Of a stretch of DNA of 64,000 nt, positions 1-12,725 are shown in pieces. Source of the DNA: Eledone cirrhosa (lineage: Eukaryota). The DNA is taken from contig OZ024742.1 in the NCBI GenBank assembly GCA_964016885.1, forward strand, positions 225,308,001 to 225,372,000. The letters run 5' to 3'. The number at the start of each line of letters is the position of its first letter. Positions within the stretch are counted from its first letter, which is position 1. The position numbers were made by a program, and so were the translations under genes. Under the pieces are notes generated by a model, which saw nothing but the letters and a program-made list of their open reading frames with translations, was not told the origin of the DNA and searched no databases.

Positions 1-439
1 ATTATTTCGTGTGAGATTAATTTTTCAAGGATGAGAGTTTCAATTATATATTATTTTAGTCGAAAGATGTGTGAAAGTTTGAAGATCAAAGAAGAGGAAA
101 AAAGTATTCTGCATGTTGAAGAACTATCGTAAAGAGGATAACTTTCAGAATGTCAATTAAAGATTATCAATCTACATCTAAAAAAATAGATTTTAGAGGG
201 GTATCATTAAGAAAATAATGTCAAATGGTAAAAATATTAAAATTAAGAAGGAAGATCATTTAAAAAAATTTAAATTTTTAAAGAAAATACTCAGTAAATA
301 ATAGGATCATTTTAAAGGTGTATAAGATATAGTCAAGTGTAATGAATTTCATAAATTAAAAATACTTCTGAAAGTGGAATTTTGGCGGTGTCTGCAACTA
401 GAAAATAATTCTGTTTTAAGATTAATAGAGTTTTGACAG

Positions 440-1140
440 TTAATTATATAAAAAAAATCTCCTCGATACACAAGTTACAGAATCTTGAGAAAGCCATATT
501 TCGGTATACAGGTGCTTTCGAAATCGTTCCCCAAGATATTGAATAGTCTGTATTGTTGTCTTTTAAATTCCAAATTAAATGTGAAAGTGAAGTGGAAGAT
601 TTTTTTATCGGATCTATTAAATGTATGTTTATGGTTATACCAGCGTTCTTTGAATTTTGTAGAAGTGGCACCAATATAGTTAAATATTTTGTTTCTAGTT
701 TTAACTGTGCCTTTATAAATTACGTTTTTGTCTAAGCAATTATTTTGTAAAGAGCAGTTTGATTTAATTCTACAGTTACATTTTCTGGAGTTGTTGTTAT
801 TCGGAACGGTACTATTATTATGAATATTGTTGTTAGAAATATTATTATTGCTATCTTGGTTTGTTTGGTTAGGGTTTAAATTTAAGTTTCTATTATTAAT
901 TCTATTTATATTTTGTGCTATGTTCAAAGTAGTAGAGTAGGATAGTTTTATAATGTGTCTGTTAAAAATAGAGTGGTATCTGTGGGCTTTAGGAAAACAC
1001 TTATCTAGTGCTTTAAAAAATAGCTTTGCTAAAGGTGTTTTAACGCTTAATGAGAATGGGGGAGAGTACCAAATAATATTTCTAGTTCTAATTTTTTGTT
1101 TGGTTTACTATTTAAGTTGAATTGTTTATTGTTATTATAA
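440..1140 (-). pseudogene. Penelope-like element C-terminal fragment (linker + GIY-YIG endonuclease), frameshifted
   Basis: Translation gives RNIIWYSPPF...KCNCRIKSNCSLQNNCLDKNVIYKGTV...NYIGATSTKFKERWYNHKHTF, then in another frame ...FCNLCIEE. This is the VIY/YIG motif with a CxC-x5-C linker, as in C-terminal-EN PLEs (Nematis-like, tentative). Confidence 0.85.
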
Positions 1141-1150
1141 TGAATTCTAG

Positions 1151-1540
1151 GATGATATGTTACTTTTAATTGAAACCCATAGCAATAGTGAAATTAATAG
1201 GAAAAGGAAATACATAATACAATTTTTCAACAACTACAACCTTAATTTAGAAATCGAGAATAATTACAAAATAGTTAACTTCTTAGATGTAACCTTAAAC
1301 CTTAGCACAGGTCTTTACTATCCATTCCGTAAAATTAACGAAAATCTAAATTACGTAAGTTTCAATTCTAATCATCCTAGAAATATTAAAAAAACACTAT
1401 TGTCAATAGCGTCCAGCAACGGATTTCACGCATCTCTGCTAATAAAAATATTTTTGATGATAAGGCAGAATATTACAATGTGGCTTTACATAGAGCAGGA
1501 TACTCGAATAACATTGAATACATAGATAACAATAACATGA
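1151..1540 (+). pseudogene. PLE reverse transcriptase fragment (catalytic DD to thumb), inverted relative to the adjacent EN fragment
   Basis: GAT GAT at 1151-1156 is in frame with MLLLI...VNFLDVTLNLSTGLYYPFRKINENLNYVSFNSNHP, the typical PLE RT C-terminal motifs. Confidence 0.8.
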
Positions 1541-1809
1541 CAAATCATCCTGTGGCGGACTTGGTCTAAAAATATTGGTTGCCAGGTGAAGGAAGCCCAC
1601 CTACATATAGAATGCTATCATTTAATTCTTATAATCAATAATTAACATTTTCAAAATTTACATAAGTAGAAACAAAACAGTGCAATCAAATTTTTGCGGA
1701 AAAATATCTTACCTTCTCCAATGACAAAACAAATATTACGTATTTTGCGAAATCCAGAGACTTTCAATAATGACCTTTGGTCTTTCACACTCACTCAAAA
1801 TATATATAT

Positions 1810-1879
<70 letters not shown>

Positions 1880-1890
1880 GTGTGTGTGTA

Positions 1891-1927
<37 letters not shown>

Positions 1928-2006
1928 CACCTTCACTACTATTGATTTGACAGATGTCTTCAACCCATTGATACTAAATATTATTCGGTCAGTAGTTCGT
2001 GTGTAA

Positions 2007-2065
<59 letters not shown>

Positions 2066-2226
2066 GTTTAAATATTAATTAATATATATGATGAAACACA
2101 AATACCAACATATCTGCATTTATATTGTAAAAGAAATTTAGTTAGCTAGAATGAAATATACTAATTATAATATTACAGCCTGCCTATATCGATTTAAAAT
2201 AATAAATCAACAAAGACAAACAGTAT

Positions 2227-2290
<64 letters not shown>

Positions 2291-2296
<6 letters not shown>

Positions 2297-2799
2297 AACT
2301 AAAATAAATAAGTCAAATATTTAAAATTTGGCTTCGTTTATAACTGCTATATATATTTCGGTGACAGCCATCTTTGGCTGTGACCTCTCCAGGCAGTCCG
2401 AATTAGTGTGGTAGAGACGAGTACACGTGTTGTTGAGGTGTTTAACTTTGTCAATACTCTGATATGCCCAGTTCCTGGTTGGGTTGTTGTTTCACTGAGG
2501 AACTGGAATCAACAACCCAACCAGGAACTGGGCATATCAGAATATTGACAAAGTTAAACACCTCAACAACACGTGTACTCGTCTCTACCACACTAATTCG
2601 GACTGCCTGAAGAGGTCACAGCCAAAGATGGCTGTCACCGAAATATATATAGCAGTAATAAACGAAGTCAAATTTTAAATATTTGACTTATTTATTTTAG
2701 TTTATTTTACATTACTCTGTAGTAACCAAACTAACCTGCGCACTTCGTCGAGTGTTCAAATCTGCATACTGAGGTGTCGGTAAACAGCCAACATATACT

Positions 2800-2800
<1 letters not shown>
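2291..2800. mobile_element. Non-coding palindromic PLE pLTR-type insertion (~200-bp inverted arms plus ~90-bp tail) between (TA)n tracts
   Basis: 2291-2489 is the near-perfect reverse complement of 2510-2709; each arm contains a hammerhead core. Confidence 0.85.
2602..2656 (+). ncRNA. Type I minimal hammerhead ribozyme
   Basis: ACTGC-CTGAAGA-GGTcACAGCC(aaagat)GGCTGTcACC-GAAA-TATATA-TA^GCAGT, followed by AATAAA. The minus-strand arm copy (2343-2397) has a mutated core, CTGGAGA. Confidence 0.9.
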
Positions 2801-2844
<44 letters not shown>

Positions 2845-3074
2845 ATGTATATATATGCTTGTGTTGTTAAAAATGTTTAAAATGTTATATATATGTCTGT
2901 GTCTGTCATTAAAAATGTTATTCTTTCTCTTGAGATGGCTGCAATAAAAAACAGTTAACCCATTTCTCACCAGAGTACTCTATACTTGGGGTGGTATGAA
3001 GGATTCGGAACCCCTGTTAAAACGGCAGCAGCTCAGCCGCTGGAGTCCCGAATCCTATATATATATATATATAA

Positions 3075-3573
3075 ATTAATATATAATTAAATGTATTCTA
3101 TTTTCTCCTAGTTTATTTTACACCTAATTCTGTTTAGTTGACTGTATCTGGGCGATTACGCTGTCGAAATATTCGATAAATATTCCGTTGAGGCCGACGC
3201 GAAGGGCTGGTTTCGGTTATTTGTTGGAGATTTCTTCATAGAAGCCTTATTCTTATAGCCTGGTCTATTCGATTTTTTATATAGTTAATTATGCTAATTG
3301 GGAGAGGAAATGGTATATATTTTATCTTGTGATATTTTATCTTGTGATTCTGTAGACATGTTTTATGATATATATATACGTTATTCCGGGTTGAATCGAA
3401 GGTAACCACAGTAAGTAAGGTACTCAATACATAGCAGAGTATACAAGTTTTAATATAGATGAGATTCTACAGCACTAGAACTGTTTCATTCTTTAGAAAT
3501 CATCAGGAATCACTGATGATTTCTAATGAATGAAACCGTTCTAGTGCTGTAGAATCTCATCTATATTAAAACT
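3075..3573. mobile_element. PLE pLTR-type insertion with terminal inverted repeat and hammerhead-like cores
   Basis: Inverted arms 3446-3506 / 3513-3573; CTGATGA (3513-3519)...GAAAC (3532) on both strands; flanked by (TA)n. Stem I is weak. Confidence 0.7.
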
Positions 3574-3599
3574 ATATATATATATATATATATATATCG

Positions 3600-3947
3600 C
3601 TGGCTCAGAGCCACCGTCAAGATTCTAGACACCACTCGCTTGCCGAGTGGTATGGACCTCGTCATATCTTTCCATTGCTGATACTATCTACCGGTTGCAA
3701 CTCTTGGCAGAAGGAGCAACGTGAAATAAAGTGTCTTGCCCAAGGACGAAACGCATCACCCGGTCCGAGAATTGAACTCGCAACCTAACGATTACGAATC
3801 CATCTCTCTACCACTAAGCTACGCGCCTTTACGATCTGAGTTCAAATCCCGCCGAGGTTGACTTTGCCTTTCATCCTTAAGGGGTCGATAAAATAAAGTA
3901 CCAGTAATACACTGGTTAATTGCTGGCCTTGTGCCTAAAGTAGAAAC

Positions 3948-3950
<3 letters not shown>
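3600..3950. mobile_element. Two SINEs back to back: tRNA-derived SINE (minus, ~3600-3825) and 5'-truncated Deu/Nin-domain-like SINE (plus, ~3826-3950)
   Basis: The minus copy matches the 11147-11330 SINE (B box GAGTTCAATTC, CCTTGGGCAAGACACTTTATTTCAC). The plus copy has GAGTTCAAATCCC...GCCTTTCATCCTTAAGGGGTCGATAAAATAAAGTACCAG. Confidence 0.8.
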
Positions 3951-3986
<36 letters not shown>

Positions 3987-4114
3987 GTAGGAGGTGAGTT
4001 TTATTGTAGTACAATAAAGCAATGCAGATATCGGATAAGAAGCACTCTACAGTTTGTAGGACTGGAGTATATATAATATATAAGAACAAAAGATGGTTAA
4101 AAGAGTTCCATGTA

Positions 4115-4181
4115 TTTTATTATGCGCATTTCAAAAACAAATATCATCATGCAATAATATTTGTGTTTTCATCAGATAAAA
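4115..4181 (-). ncRNA. Type I hammerhead ribozyme (left-arm copy)
   Basis: Reverse complement of 5762-5828 with intact CTGATGA/GAAA core. Confidence 0.88.
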
Positions 4182-5761
4182 CAGGAAGGCATGATATGAA
4201 GATTAAAAAACACTTGTGGATAGTGCAGTTTTAAATCAACATATGAAAAGTAGTTTTAGATTGATGTGTGATATTGGGAAAAAAATATTTTATTTTGAGG
4301 GGGGGGGGGGGAGGATGAAAAAGAGGAGGAGATGAGAGTAAAAAGTGGAGAGGGAGGAGTATAATGAGAAAGGATGAGATAGGAGGAGAGATGGGTGATA
4401 GAGAGAGAGAGAGATAGCTTTTATAACTGAGAAAGATATATTGTTTTACATAGAGAGGTTGAAAACCGTTGGAAGATAATGAATAAATTAAAAGAATTTG
4501 AAAATTAACGAAGAGAAAAATAATGTAAAGTTAAGGTTTGTATATTGAAGGGTTTAATAATATGTGCGATGAAAAGAAAATGTTAATATGTATTAAGAAT
4601 AATATTTAAGGGTTTAATAATATGTGCGATGGAAAGAAAATGTTGATATGTATTATTAAAAAGAACAACAGGTAATTTAAGTAAGGATATATTGTGAGAT
4701 GAGCATGAATAAGTTAGATGAAAGGGAGAAAAGAATAATGAATTGAGGATGAATAATTTAACGTCAAAAAATGTTTATGTTTACGAAGGATTTTTACAAG
4801 GTGATATAGAGTAAGAATGTATTGTATTATGTAATAATTTATTCTATGTTAAGCAACAGTGAGAAAAGGTACAGATTAGGGGTTAGACATTAAAAGAAAA
4901 AGAGAAGAAAGGGAAGTGATAAATAGGAGCGATATAGAATGAGTAACAAGTATTATAGAATGAGTAACAAGTATTATATAATGTATAATAAAAACTTTGA
5001 AATAAGGTAGAAAGATGGGTATATTTTTAAAGAAGTGTGTATATATATATATATGTGCCTTTCAGAAATACATTCTTACTCTATATCACCTTGTAAAAAT
5101 CCTTCGTAAACATAAACATTTTTTTGACGTTAAATTATTCATCCTCAATTCGTTATTCTTTTCTCCCTTTCATCTAACTCATTCATGCTCATCCCACAAT
5201 ATATCCTTACTTAAATTACCTGTTGTTCTTTTTAATAATACATATCAACATTTTCTTTCCATCGCACATATTATTAAACCCTTAAATATTATTCTTAATA
5301 CATATTAACTTTTTCTTTCCATCGCACATATTATTAAACCCTTAAATATTATTCTTAATACATATTAACATTTTCTTTTCATCGCACATATTATTAAACC
5401 CTTCAATATACAAACCTTAACTTTACATTATTTTTCTCTTCGTTAATTTTCAAATTCCAACGGTTTTCAACCTCTCTATGTAAAACAATATATCTTTCTC
5501 AGTTATAAAAGCTATCTCTCTGTCTCTCTATCACCCATCTCTCCTCCTATCCTTCCTCATTATACTCCTCCCTCTCCACTTTTTACTCTCATCTCCTCCT
5601 CTTTTTCATCCTTTCCACCCCACCTACCCACCCCCACCCCACCCTCAAAATAAAATATTTTTTTCCCAATATCACGCATCAATCTAAAACTACTTCTCAT
5701 ATGTTGATTTAAAACTGCACTATCCACAAGTGTTTTTTAACCTTCATATCATGTCTTCCTG

Positions 5762-5828
5762 TTTTATCTGATGAAAACACAAATATTATTGCATGATGAT
5801 ATTTGTTTTTGAAATGCGCATAATAAAA
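5762..5828 (+). ncRNA. Type I hammerhead ribozyme
   Basis: TTTTAT-CTGATGA-long stem II (ACAAATATTAT/ATGATATTTGT)-GAAA-TGCGCA-TA^ATAAAA; palindromic helix III. Confidence 0.9.
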
Positions 5829-6143
5829 TACATGGAACTCTTTTAACCATCTTTTGTTCTTATATATTATATATATATATATATGTGTGTGGATGTACGT
5901 GTTAGTGTGTATGTGTGTGTGTATGTATGTAGATATGTCAGTGGTTGACCGACGAGGAGTATTACAGAAAAACAGCTTCCGGTCGCAATGGAAGTCATCG
6001 CCTATTGAATTCATTGCAACCACTTAGGCTTTTATCGGCCAGTTTCGGCGACTTTCTAAAAGAAATGCACACATGCACATCCACAAGAACAAGCGCCTGC
6101 GCACATGCGCACACATATTCATTTACAAACATACACATACACA

Positions 6144-6621
<478 letters not shown>

Positions 6622-7062
6622 ACGTACTCACAACAGTCACACGGCCAAAGAAAATAAAAATATGAAAAAATACATTTCGTTTTAAAGGCATTCATTACTA
6701 GAACGAAATTAAAGAGAGCAAGTTGTTGGGTTTGCTTTATACACAGAGAAGTGAAGGTCGCTGTTAGCGGTGTTTTGTTCTTAAGTTGACAGACAATCGC
6801 CTATCATTAAAGAACGGACATGTCACAGCGGCAAACCTTACGGCTATTGCTCTGACTTCATTTCACTTTCGACTGGAGATCAAATGACCCGATGAAACGT
6901 CAGTCGGGTCTTGTTTCAGTTTAGCAGCGCAGCACAACTTATTCGAAACATAATCTTCACCACCACCCCCGCTGCACAATACATACACATCGTAACACAT
7001 CATGGTGGTTGTACGTGCTGGTGGTTGTAACGGTGGCTGGTTGTGGTGGTAGGCAGTTAGGG

Positions 7063-7121
<59 letters not shown>

Positions 7122-7126
<5 letters not shown>

Positions 7127-7620
7127 ATGAAATGACAGGAGGCTGGATTTGTGTAAATCCTTGAAAGGTTTATTATACTATGATCATTTCAATGACCGGG
7201 TTCCGTATGAATCCGGTGATATCATCAGATATTCGAAATATAATACGTGAATGTAATAGGTAAAATTCATGGGGCTGAAAATCGAGACCCGAGGGCGACC
7301 GCTATTCTGTTCCTTCAACCTCAGCCGGTCGCCCTGGATTTTACCTATTACATTCACGTATTATATTTCGAATACCTGATGATATCACCGGATTCATACG
7401 GAACCCGGTCATTGAAATGATCATAGTATAATAAACCTTTCAAGGATTTACACAAATCCAGCCTCCTGTCATTTCATTATAATATTTAACTCCGTAATAG
7501 CACCACCAACTACAAAAACAAAGACGGTTGAACTGCTTTACGTTGAGTACTCTCTATATTATTGCATTACGATTGACCATACGGAATAGACCAGCTCTAT
7601 ACAGTGCTGAACCTCAAACC

Positions 7621-7623
<3 letters not shown>
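7122..7623. mobile_element. Non-coding palindromic PLE pLTR-type insertion in (TA)n
   Basis: Arms about 7124-7266 / 7338-7480 are reverse complements, followed by a ~140-bp unpaired tail. Confidence 0.85.
7372..7429 (+). ncRNA. Type I hammerhead ribozyme (second copy on minus strand at 7175-7232)
   Basis: ATAC-CTGATGA-stem II (ACCGG...CCGGT)-GAAA-TGATCA-TA^GTAT, then AATAAA at 7430-7435. Confidence 0.88.
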
Positions 7624-7666
<43 letters not shown>

Positions 7667-7783
7667 AACGAGTAAGAACCCGACGGCTGAGCTCAAGCCG
7701 TTCCTATTACCCACTCTACTACCCTAAGTATTGAGTACTTTGGTGCGTTATGGTCCATCTGGTTCCTTACCACATTTCCTTCG

Positions 7784-7911
<128 letters not shown>

Positions 7912-7969
7912 GGAGGCTGTATGTATGTTTGTGCACACACACACATATATATGTGTGTATGTGTGTGTT

Positions 7970-8041
<72 letters not shown>

Positions 8042-8184
8042 CCTGTTATTTTTATCTAAAGGCCTTTTTTTCCAATTTCACCCCGCCCGTCCCTTCAATC
8101 TATCTTATTTCTCATTCTTTCTTCAGATGAAGGACTACCTTTTACATATATACATATATATATATATATACATATATATATATG

Positions 8185-8644
8185 TACACAGAGGTATCCA
8201 CAGTAAGTTGTGGGGTCTATTCTGTGTGAAGAGCTCAATGTAATCCATATGTTGAAAATGTTGTAGGTTAAGATAAATCTCGGAAAACAATAAAACATTA
8301 AAAGGAAAACAGAGTCATGATATAAGTTAAAACAATGAAATAAAAAATCAAGTCATTAGAGATATACTTCACTGCTTTACGATCGTTTCTAGATGGTGAT
8401 AATACATTGTATCTATACTCAGTTATTGATCTATGTAAGTTTACAAACTATCAGATAGAGAGAATATTTACTTGAAAACAGCTGGTGATATCCATGTAAG
8501 TAAATATTCTCTCTATCTGATAGTTTGTAAACTTACATAGATCAATAACTGAGTATAGATACAATGTATTATCACCATCTAGAAACGATCGTAAAGCAGT
8601 GAAGTATATCTCTAATGACTTGATTTTTTATTTCATTGTTTTAA

Positions 8645-8650
<6 letters not shown>
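8185..8650. mobile_element. Palindromic pLTR-type insertion with a variant hammerhead-like core
   Basis: Arms about 8320-8472 / 8498-8650; CTGAGTA-TAGAT...ATCTA-GAAA-CGATCG-TA at 8549-8593. Confidence 0.7.
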
Positions 8651-8687
<37 letters not shown>

Positions 8688-8699
8688 AGAGAGAGGGCG

Positions 8700-9672
8700 T
8701 GGAGAGAGATAACATTAACTATGTTGTTATTTTCATATAATGTTTCTTTGGCTGCCTATTTCAGATCTTTGCTGAGGCTGACCCCAAATCCTCAGCCTAT
8801 ACTGACGCCATTTTACAATGATGTTTGTGTATACAACTCGCCCTGTGTGACCTATGTGTAGGGTAGGGATTAGCTGGTTGCGTGTGACGTAATATCCGGT
8901 GAGTATATAACTGCGATCTCAGCTTTCTGCAGCCACTGTATGTTTTTTGGCGTGCTTTTGTTAACAGCTACTCAGTTTTAGGCCGTTGAGCGATGGGCGC
9001 AGAGCAACAAACCAGCCTGAAGTTTCTGGTCCGGCTGGAGAAACCTCTGTCAGAAGCACTCAGAATACTGCAGCAAGTGTACGGAGATGAGAGGATGTTG
9101 TGTTCACGAACTTTCAAGTGGCAAAAAATGTTTAAAGAGACGCGGAAAGCAAGAGGCCTTCAACGCACAGGACTGAGGTCAACGTTGAGCGCGTGACGCA
9201 GGTGACGCGTGGTAATCGTCGGCTGACTGTTTGACTGATCGCAAGTGAGCTGGGCAAGGACCGAGACAGTGTTTGAAAGATTATCACCAAAGATTTGGGC
9301 CCTGCGGAAGATCGCCGGTTCACAGTGCCCTGAACATCCGGCAGTTCCTGGCTGGGAACTTTGCCGTACTGGAACAACCTCCTTATTCACCTGATCTTGC
9401 TCCGTATGACTTTTTTCTTTTCCCCAAGCTCAAGTGTGTCATCAAGGGGACCCGTTTTGAAGGCGCGGAGGCCATCAAGAGGGCCGTAACGAAGGAGTTG
9501 AGGGGTATCCCAGAAGAATCATTTCAGCAATGCATAGAGGCCTGGCAGAGAAGAATGGAAAATACATTAGACTCGAAGGTGATTACTTTGAAAGGGAAAC
9601 CATGTATAGTTTGTTATTTGGAAAGAAATTGTTTGTGACACCAGTCCCGTTACTTTTCAGACAGATCTTGTA
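8700..9672 (+). mobile_element. Mariner transposon, internally deleted and decayed
   Basis: N-terminal EQQTSLKFLVRL...LQQVYGD (8993) and C-terminal LEQPPYSPDLAPYDFFLFPKLK; ends TTACTTTTCAGACAGATCTTG-TA. The left boundary is uncertain. Confidence 0.85.
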
Positions 9673-9966
9673 TATATATAAGTGTGTGTGCATGTGTGTG
9701 TATGTGTGAGTGGGGGGGCGTGTGTGTGTGTGTAGGGAGGCGTGTGTGTGTGCGTGACTATGTGTAGATGCTGAGCAAAATCGGGGAGCAACCACAGTTA
9801 AAAAAAGTACTCAATACATTAGTAGAGTGTAAGCATCATTATTTAAGAGTTCAAATCCCGCCGAGGTTAACTTTGCCTTTCATCCTTACGGGGTCGATAA
9901 AATAAAGTAGCAGTAATTCACTGGGATAATTGCTGGCCTTGTGCCAAAAGTAGAAACAATTATTTA

Positions 9967-10063
<97 letters not shown>

Positions 10064-10129
10064 GTTTTCCATATCCCGTATTTATTCTGTTTAATTTCTG
10101 TTTGGGTCCTTTATTACTAATTAACAGCT

Positions 10130-11640
10130 CTTCAATTTAAAATGAAAGATTTTACAATGGAAGGATGAATGGCAAAGTCAACCTTATTGTGATTCGAATA
10201 CAAAGTATAACGAAACACATTCCTGAATTAATTGGTTTCGATTATCAGTGTTCTAGTTATTCGATCAATGAAACAGCCTGCTCATAGAACAAAGGTGTAC
10301 GTGGCTGAGCTTTCCACTGTTGAGTCCACCCTTAACGTAATTCTCAAGGAAATTCAGCGTGACACAGTGTGTAACAAGACTGGTCATTTGAACAGGTACA
10401 GTTCATTCGACGGACTTCTGCACAATTTCTGTCTGCCCAACTTCATTCACAAGCCTTGGGTCGATCAGGGGCTATGTTAAATGACACTCTGCCAAGATGT
10501 CACACTGTGAGATCGAACCTGGGACGTAATGAATGCGAAGCGAACCTCTTAATTATTCGGCCATGCTGTGTTCACTCCTAATATTGTTACAGCTGGACAT
10601 TCGTCGGGTTATGTGACCAACAAAACAACCACTTCATGAAATCAACGTGAAATTCGCTGACCATTCCTCAAACACGTGTACCCATAACGCAATTCTCAGG
10701 GAGATTCAGTGTGACATATTGCGTGATGAAGCTGGCTCTTTGAATTACAGGTACAACTCATTTTTGCCAGAGTAACTAGAGTAACTGGAAATAAAGTATC
10801 TTGGTCAAGGACAAGGCGCCACTAGTAATCGAACTCATGACTGTACGATCGTGAGTCGAACATCCTAACCACTTACACATAACTAGATATCGACTCACTA
10901 ACGCAGAATCCTAAATTTATTCTATCGCCAAACCCTTAAACAATGTGGTGAGACAATTAGAATATTTGTCAATATCTGTTGTCATACCGCTATTGGTGGC
11001 GGCGTTGTCATTAAAGCCAACTTGGGTTGTCAAAGACGCATATCACAAAGAAGTACATTACTGAACCTTAAAGGATCACAGTTTTATACAAATCCATACA
11101 ATTAACTTAAATGTATAATGATTTCATCATGGCTTTGTGGTTAGTGAAGGCGTGTGGCTGAGTGGTTTGAGAATTGGATTCGTAATCGTAAGGTTGTGAG
11201 TTCGATTCCTGGACCAGGCGATGCGTTATGTCCTTGAGCAAGACACTTTATTTCACGTTGCTCCTTCTACCTGGAGTTGCGACCGATAGATAGTATTAGC
11301 AATTGGAAAGACCAACGGAAACATTGTTCCCTCGGTCCGATTTGACGAAAGTCGATCGTCTTTTCTTTGTGGTTAGGGTATTCGGCTTACAATCGTAAGA
11401 TTCTGAGTTCGATTCCCGGTAGTGCGTTGTGTCCTTGAGCAAGACATTTTATTTCACGTTGCTCCAGTCCACTCAGTTGTGCCTGTCACATTGTATTACG
11501 CCGAATCTCTTTGAGAACTACGTTAAGGGTACGCGTGTCTGTGGAATGCTCAGCCACTTACACGTTAATCTCTTGAGCAGGTTGTTCTGTTGATCGGATC
11601 AGCTGGAACCCTCATCGTCGTAACCGACGGAGTGCCTCCT
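10130..11640. mobile_element. Cluster of tRNA-derived SINE copies in both orientations
   Basis: A/B boxes, e.g. GGCGTGTGGCTGAGTGG...GAGTTCGATTCC at 11149-11210, and repeated CCTTGAGCAAGACACTTTATTTCACGTTGCTCC. Confidence 0.8.
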
Positions 11641-12429
11641 TAATGATTTCATACGATCACTAAATATATCACTCAACAACTTTACTACGTAACCAGGGCC
11701 GGCGTTATTCTCATGGTCAAGTAGGCAGCCTTCTAGGGCGCAGACCTCAGAGAAGCGCATTACAATTTTATACAAATTTCTATAATTAAGTTAAATATAT
11801 AATAATCTCGTACAATCAATAAATTAAACTCTAAACATATTTGCCAGGTAAGAGAATTGTGGAAATATCCAAAGTTGTGGAGACGATTATATAATATTAT
11901 GATCTGTAACAATGAATTAGTGTAGATGAGTGTGGACTGTGTAGTGGGAAACGCAGGATTAGTAATTTTCTAAGTATGGCCAGAGCAAGAAATGTCAAAA
12001 ACTAGGTTCATTCGCTTACCAAATTGAAATTATTTTATTCGGGGAAATGAGGTGCATAACTGGGGAAAAGGGTGCACATTGTAGGGCTGACCTAGGATTC
12101 TAAATACACAGATGTTAGTTCTACCAAAGTACAATATGTTTATGTATAATAAACATATATTTATCACCAGTGTGAGTATTTTAAGATAAGGTCGTATCAC
12201 AGCTACTTCGGTGTAGGGCTAGGAGCAGTGTATACATGTATTTAGGAATCGTTATTCCCGTCGGCACTCGCTTGACCCCCAAGTTATGAAATACGTTAAA
12301 ACACTGGTTCCTAACAAGGGATCCGCAAGGGTAGTGATGGGGCCCATGAGAAACCTTAAAATTTCAACTACTCTTAGGTATCCATTCTTTTCTAAATATA
12401 AACATTTCTCTTTTTTATTATTATTCGAA

Positions 12430-12725
12430 GGTTAACCTTTTGCCTTTCATCCTTACGGGGTCGATACAATAAAGTACCAGTAATGTACTGATTTATTGCT
12501 GGCCTTGTGCCAAAAGTAGAAACAATTATTATTCGGTGGATTGGCAGTATCGGTAGAGGGTCGGACGCCATGCTTCGCAGCACAGTTACGTCCCTTTACG
12601 GATTGAGTTCAAATCCCACCGAGGTTAACTTTGCCTTTCATCCTTACGGGGTCGATAAAATAAAGTACGAGTAATACACTGGGATAATTGCTGGTCTTGT
12701 GCCAAAAGTAGAAACAATTATTATT
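12430..12725 (+). mobile_element. Tandem Deu/Nin-domain-like SINEs; same family at ~9847-9962, 13825-14212, 16033-16225, 35255-35437, 39200-39388 and minus copies near 36255-36415, 42545-42740, 48020-48200, 48715-48810
   Basis: Shared ~190-bp consensus GGCGGTGGATTGGCAG...GAGTTCAAATCCC...TTTCATCCTTACGGGGTCGATAAAATAAAGTACCAG...GTAGAAACAATTAT. The central motif resembles the Deu/Nin SINE domain (from recall). Confidence 0.8.

Larger units (their letters stand above)
3985..5872. mobile_element. Large inverted duplication of a PLE 3' UTR/pLTR (~0.75-0.8-kb arms)
   Basis: About 4070-4822 is the reverse complement of about 5067-5872. The same sequence is the 3' UTR of the GIY-YIG PLE at 21555-23135. 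Confidence 0.85.

Noticed and set aside
2291-2709. Arm mismatches as a fossil of A-to-I editing
   Set aside because: Only about four differences, mostly transitions in both directions, indistinguishable from ordinary mutation.
6868-6912. CTGGAGA...GAAACGTC hammerhead-like string and GACCCGA/TCGGGTC hairpin in a CpG-richer patch
   Set aside because: Non-canonical core, poor stems and no repeat context. The region might be regulatory but I cannot support a call.
11147-11220. tRNA-like A/B boxes
   Set aside because: No complete cloverleaf; continues into a multi-copy SINE body.
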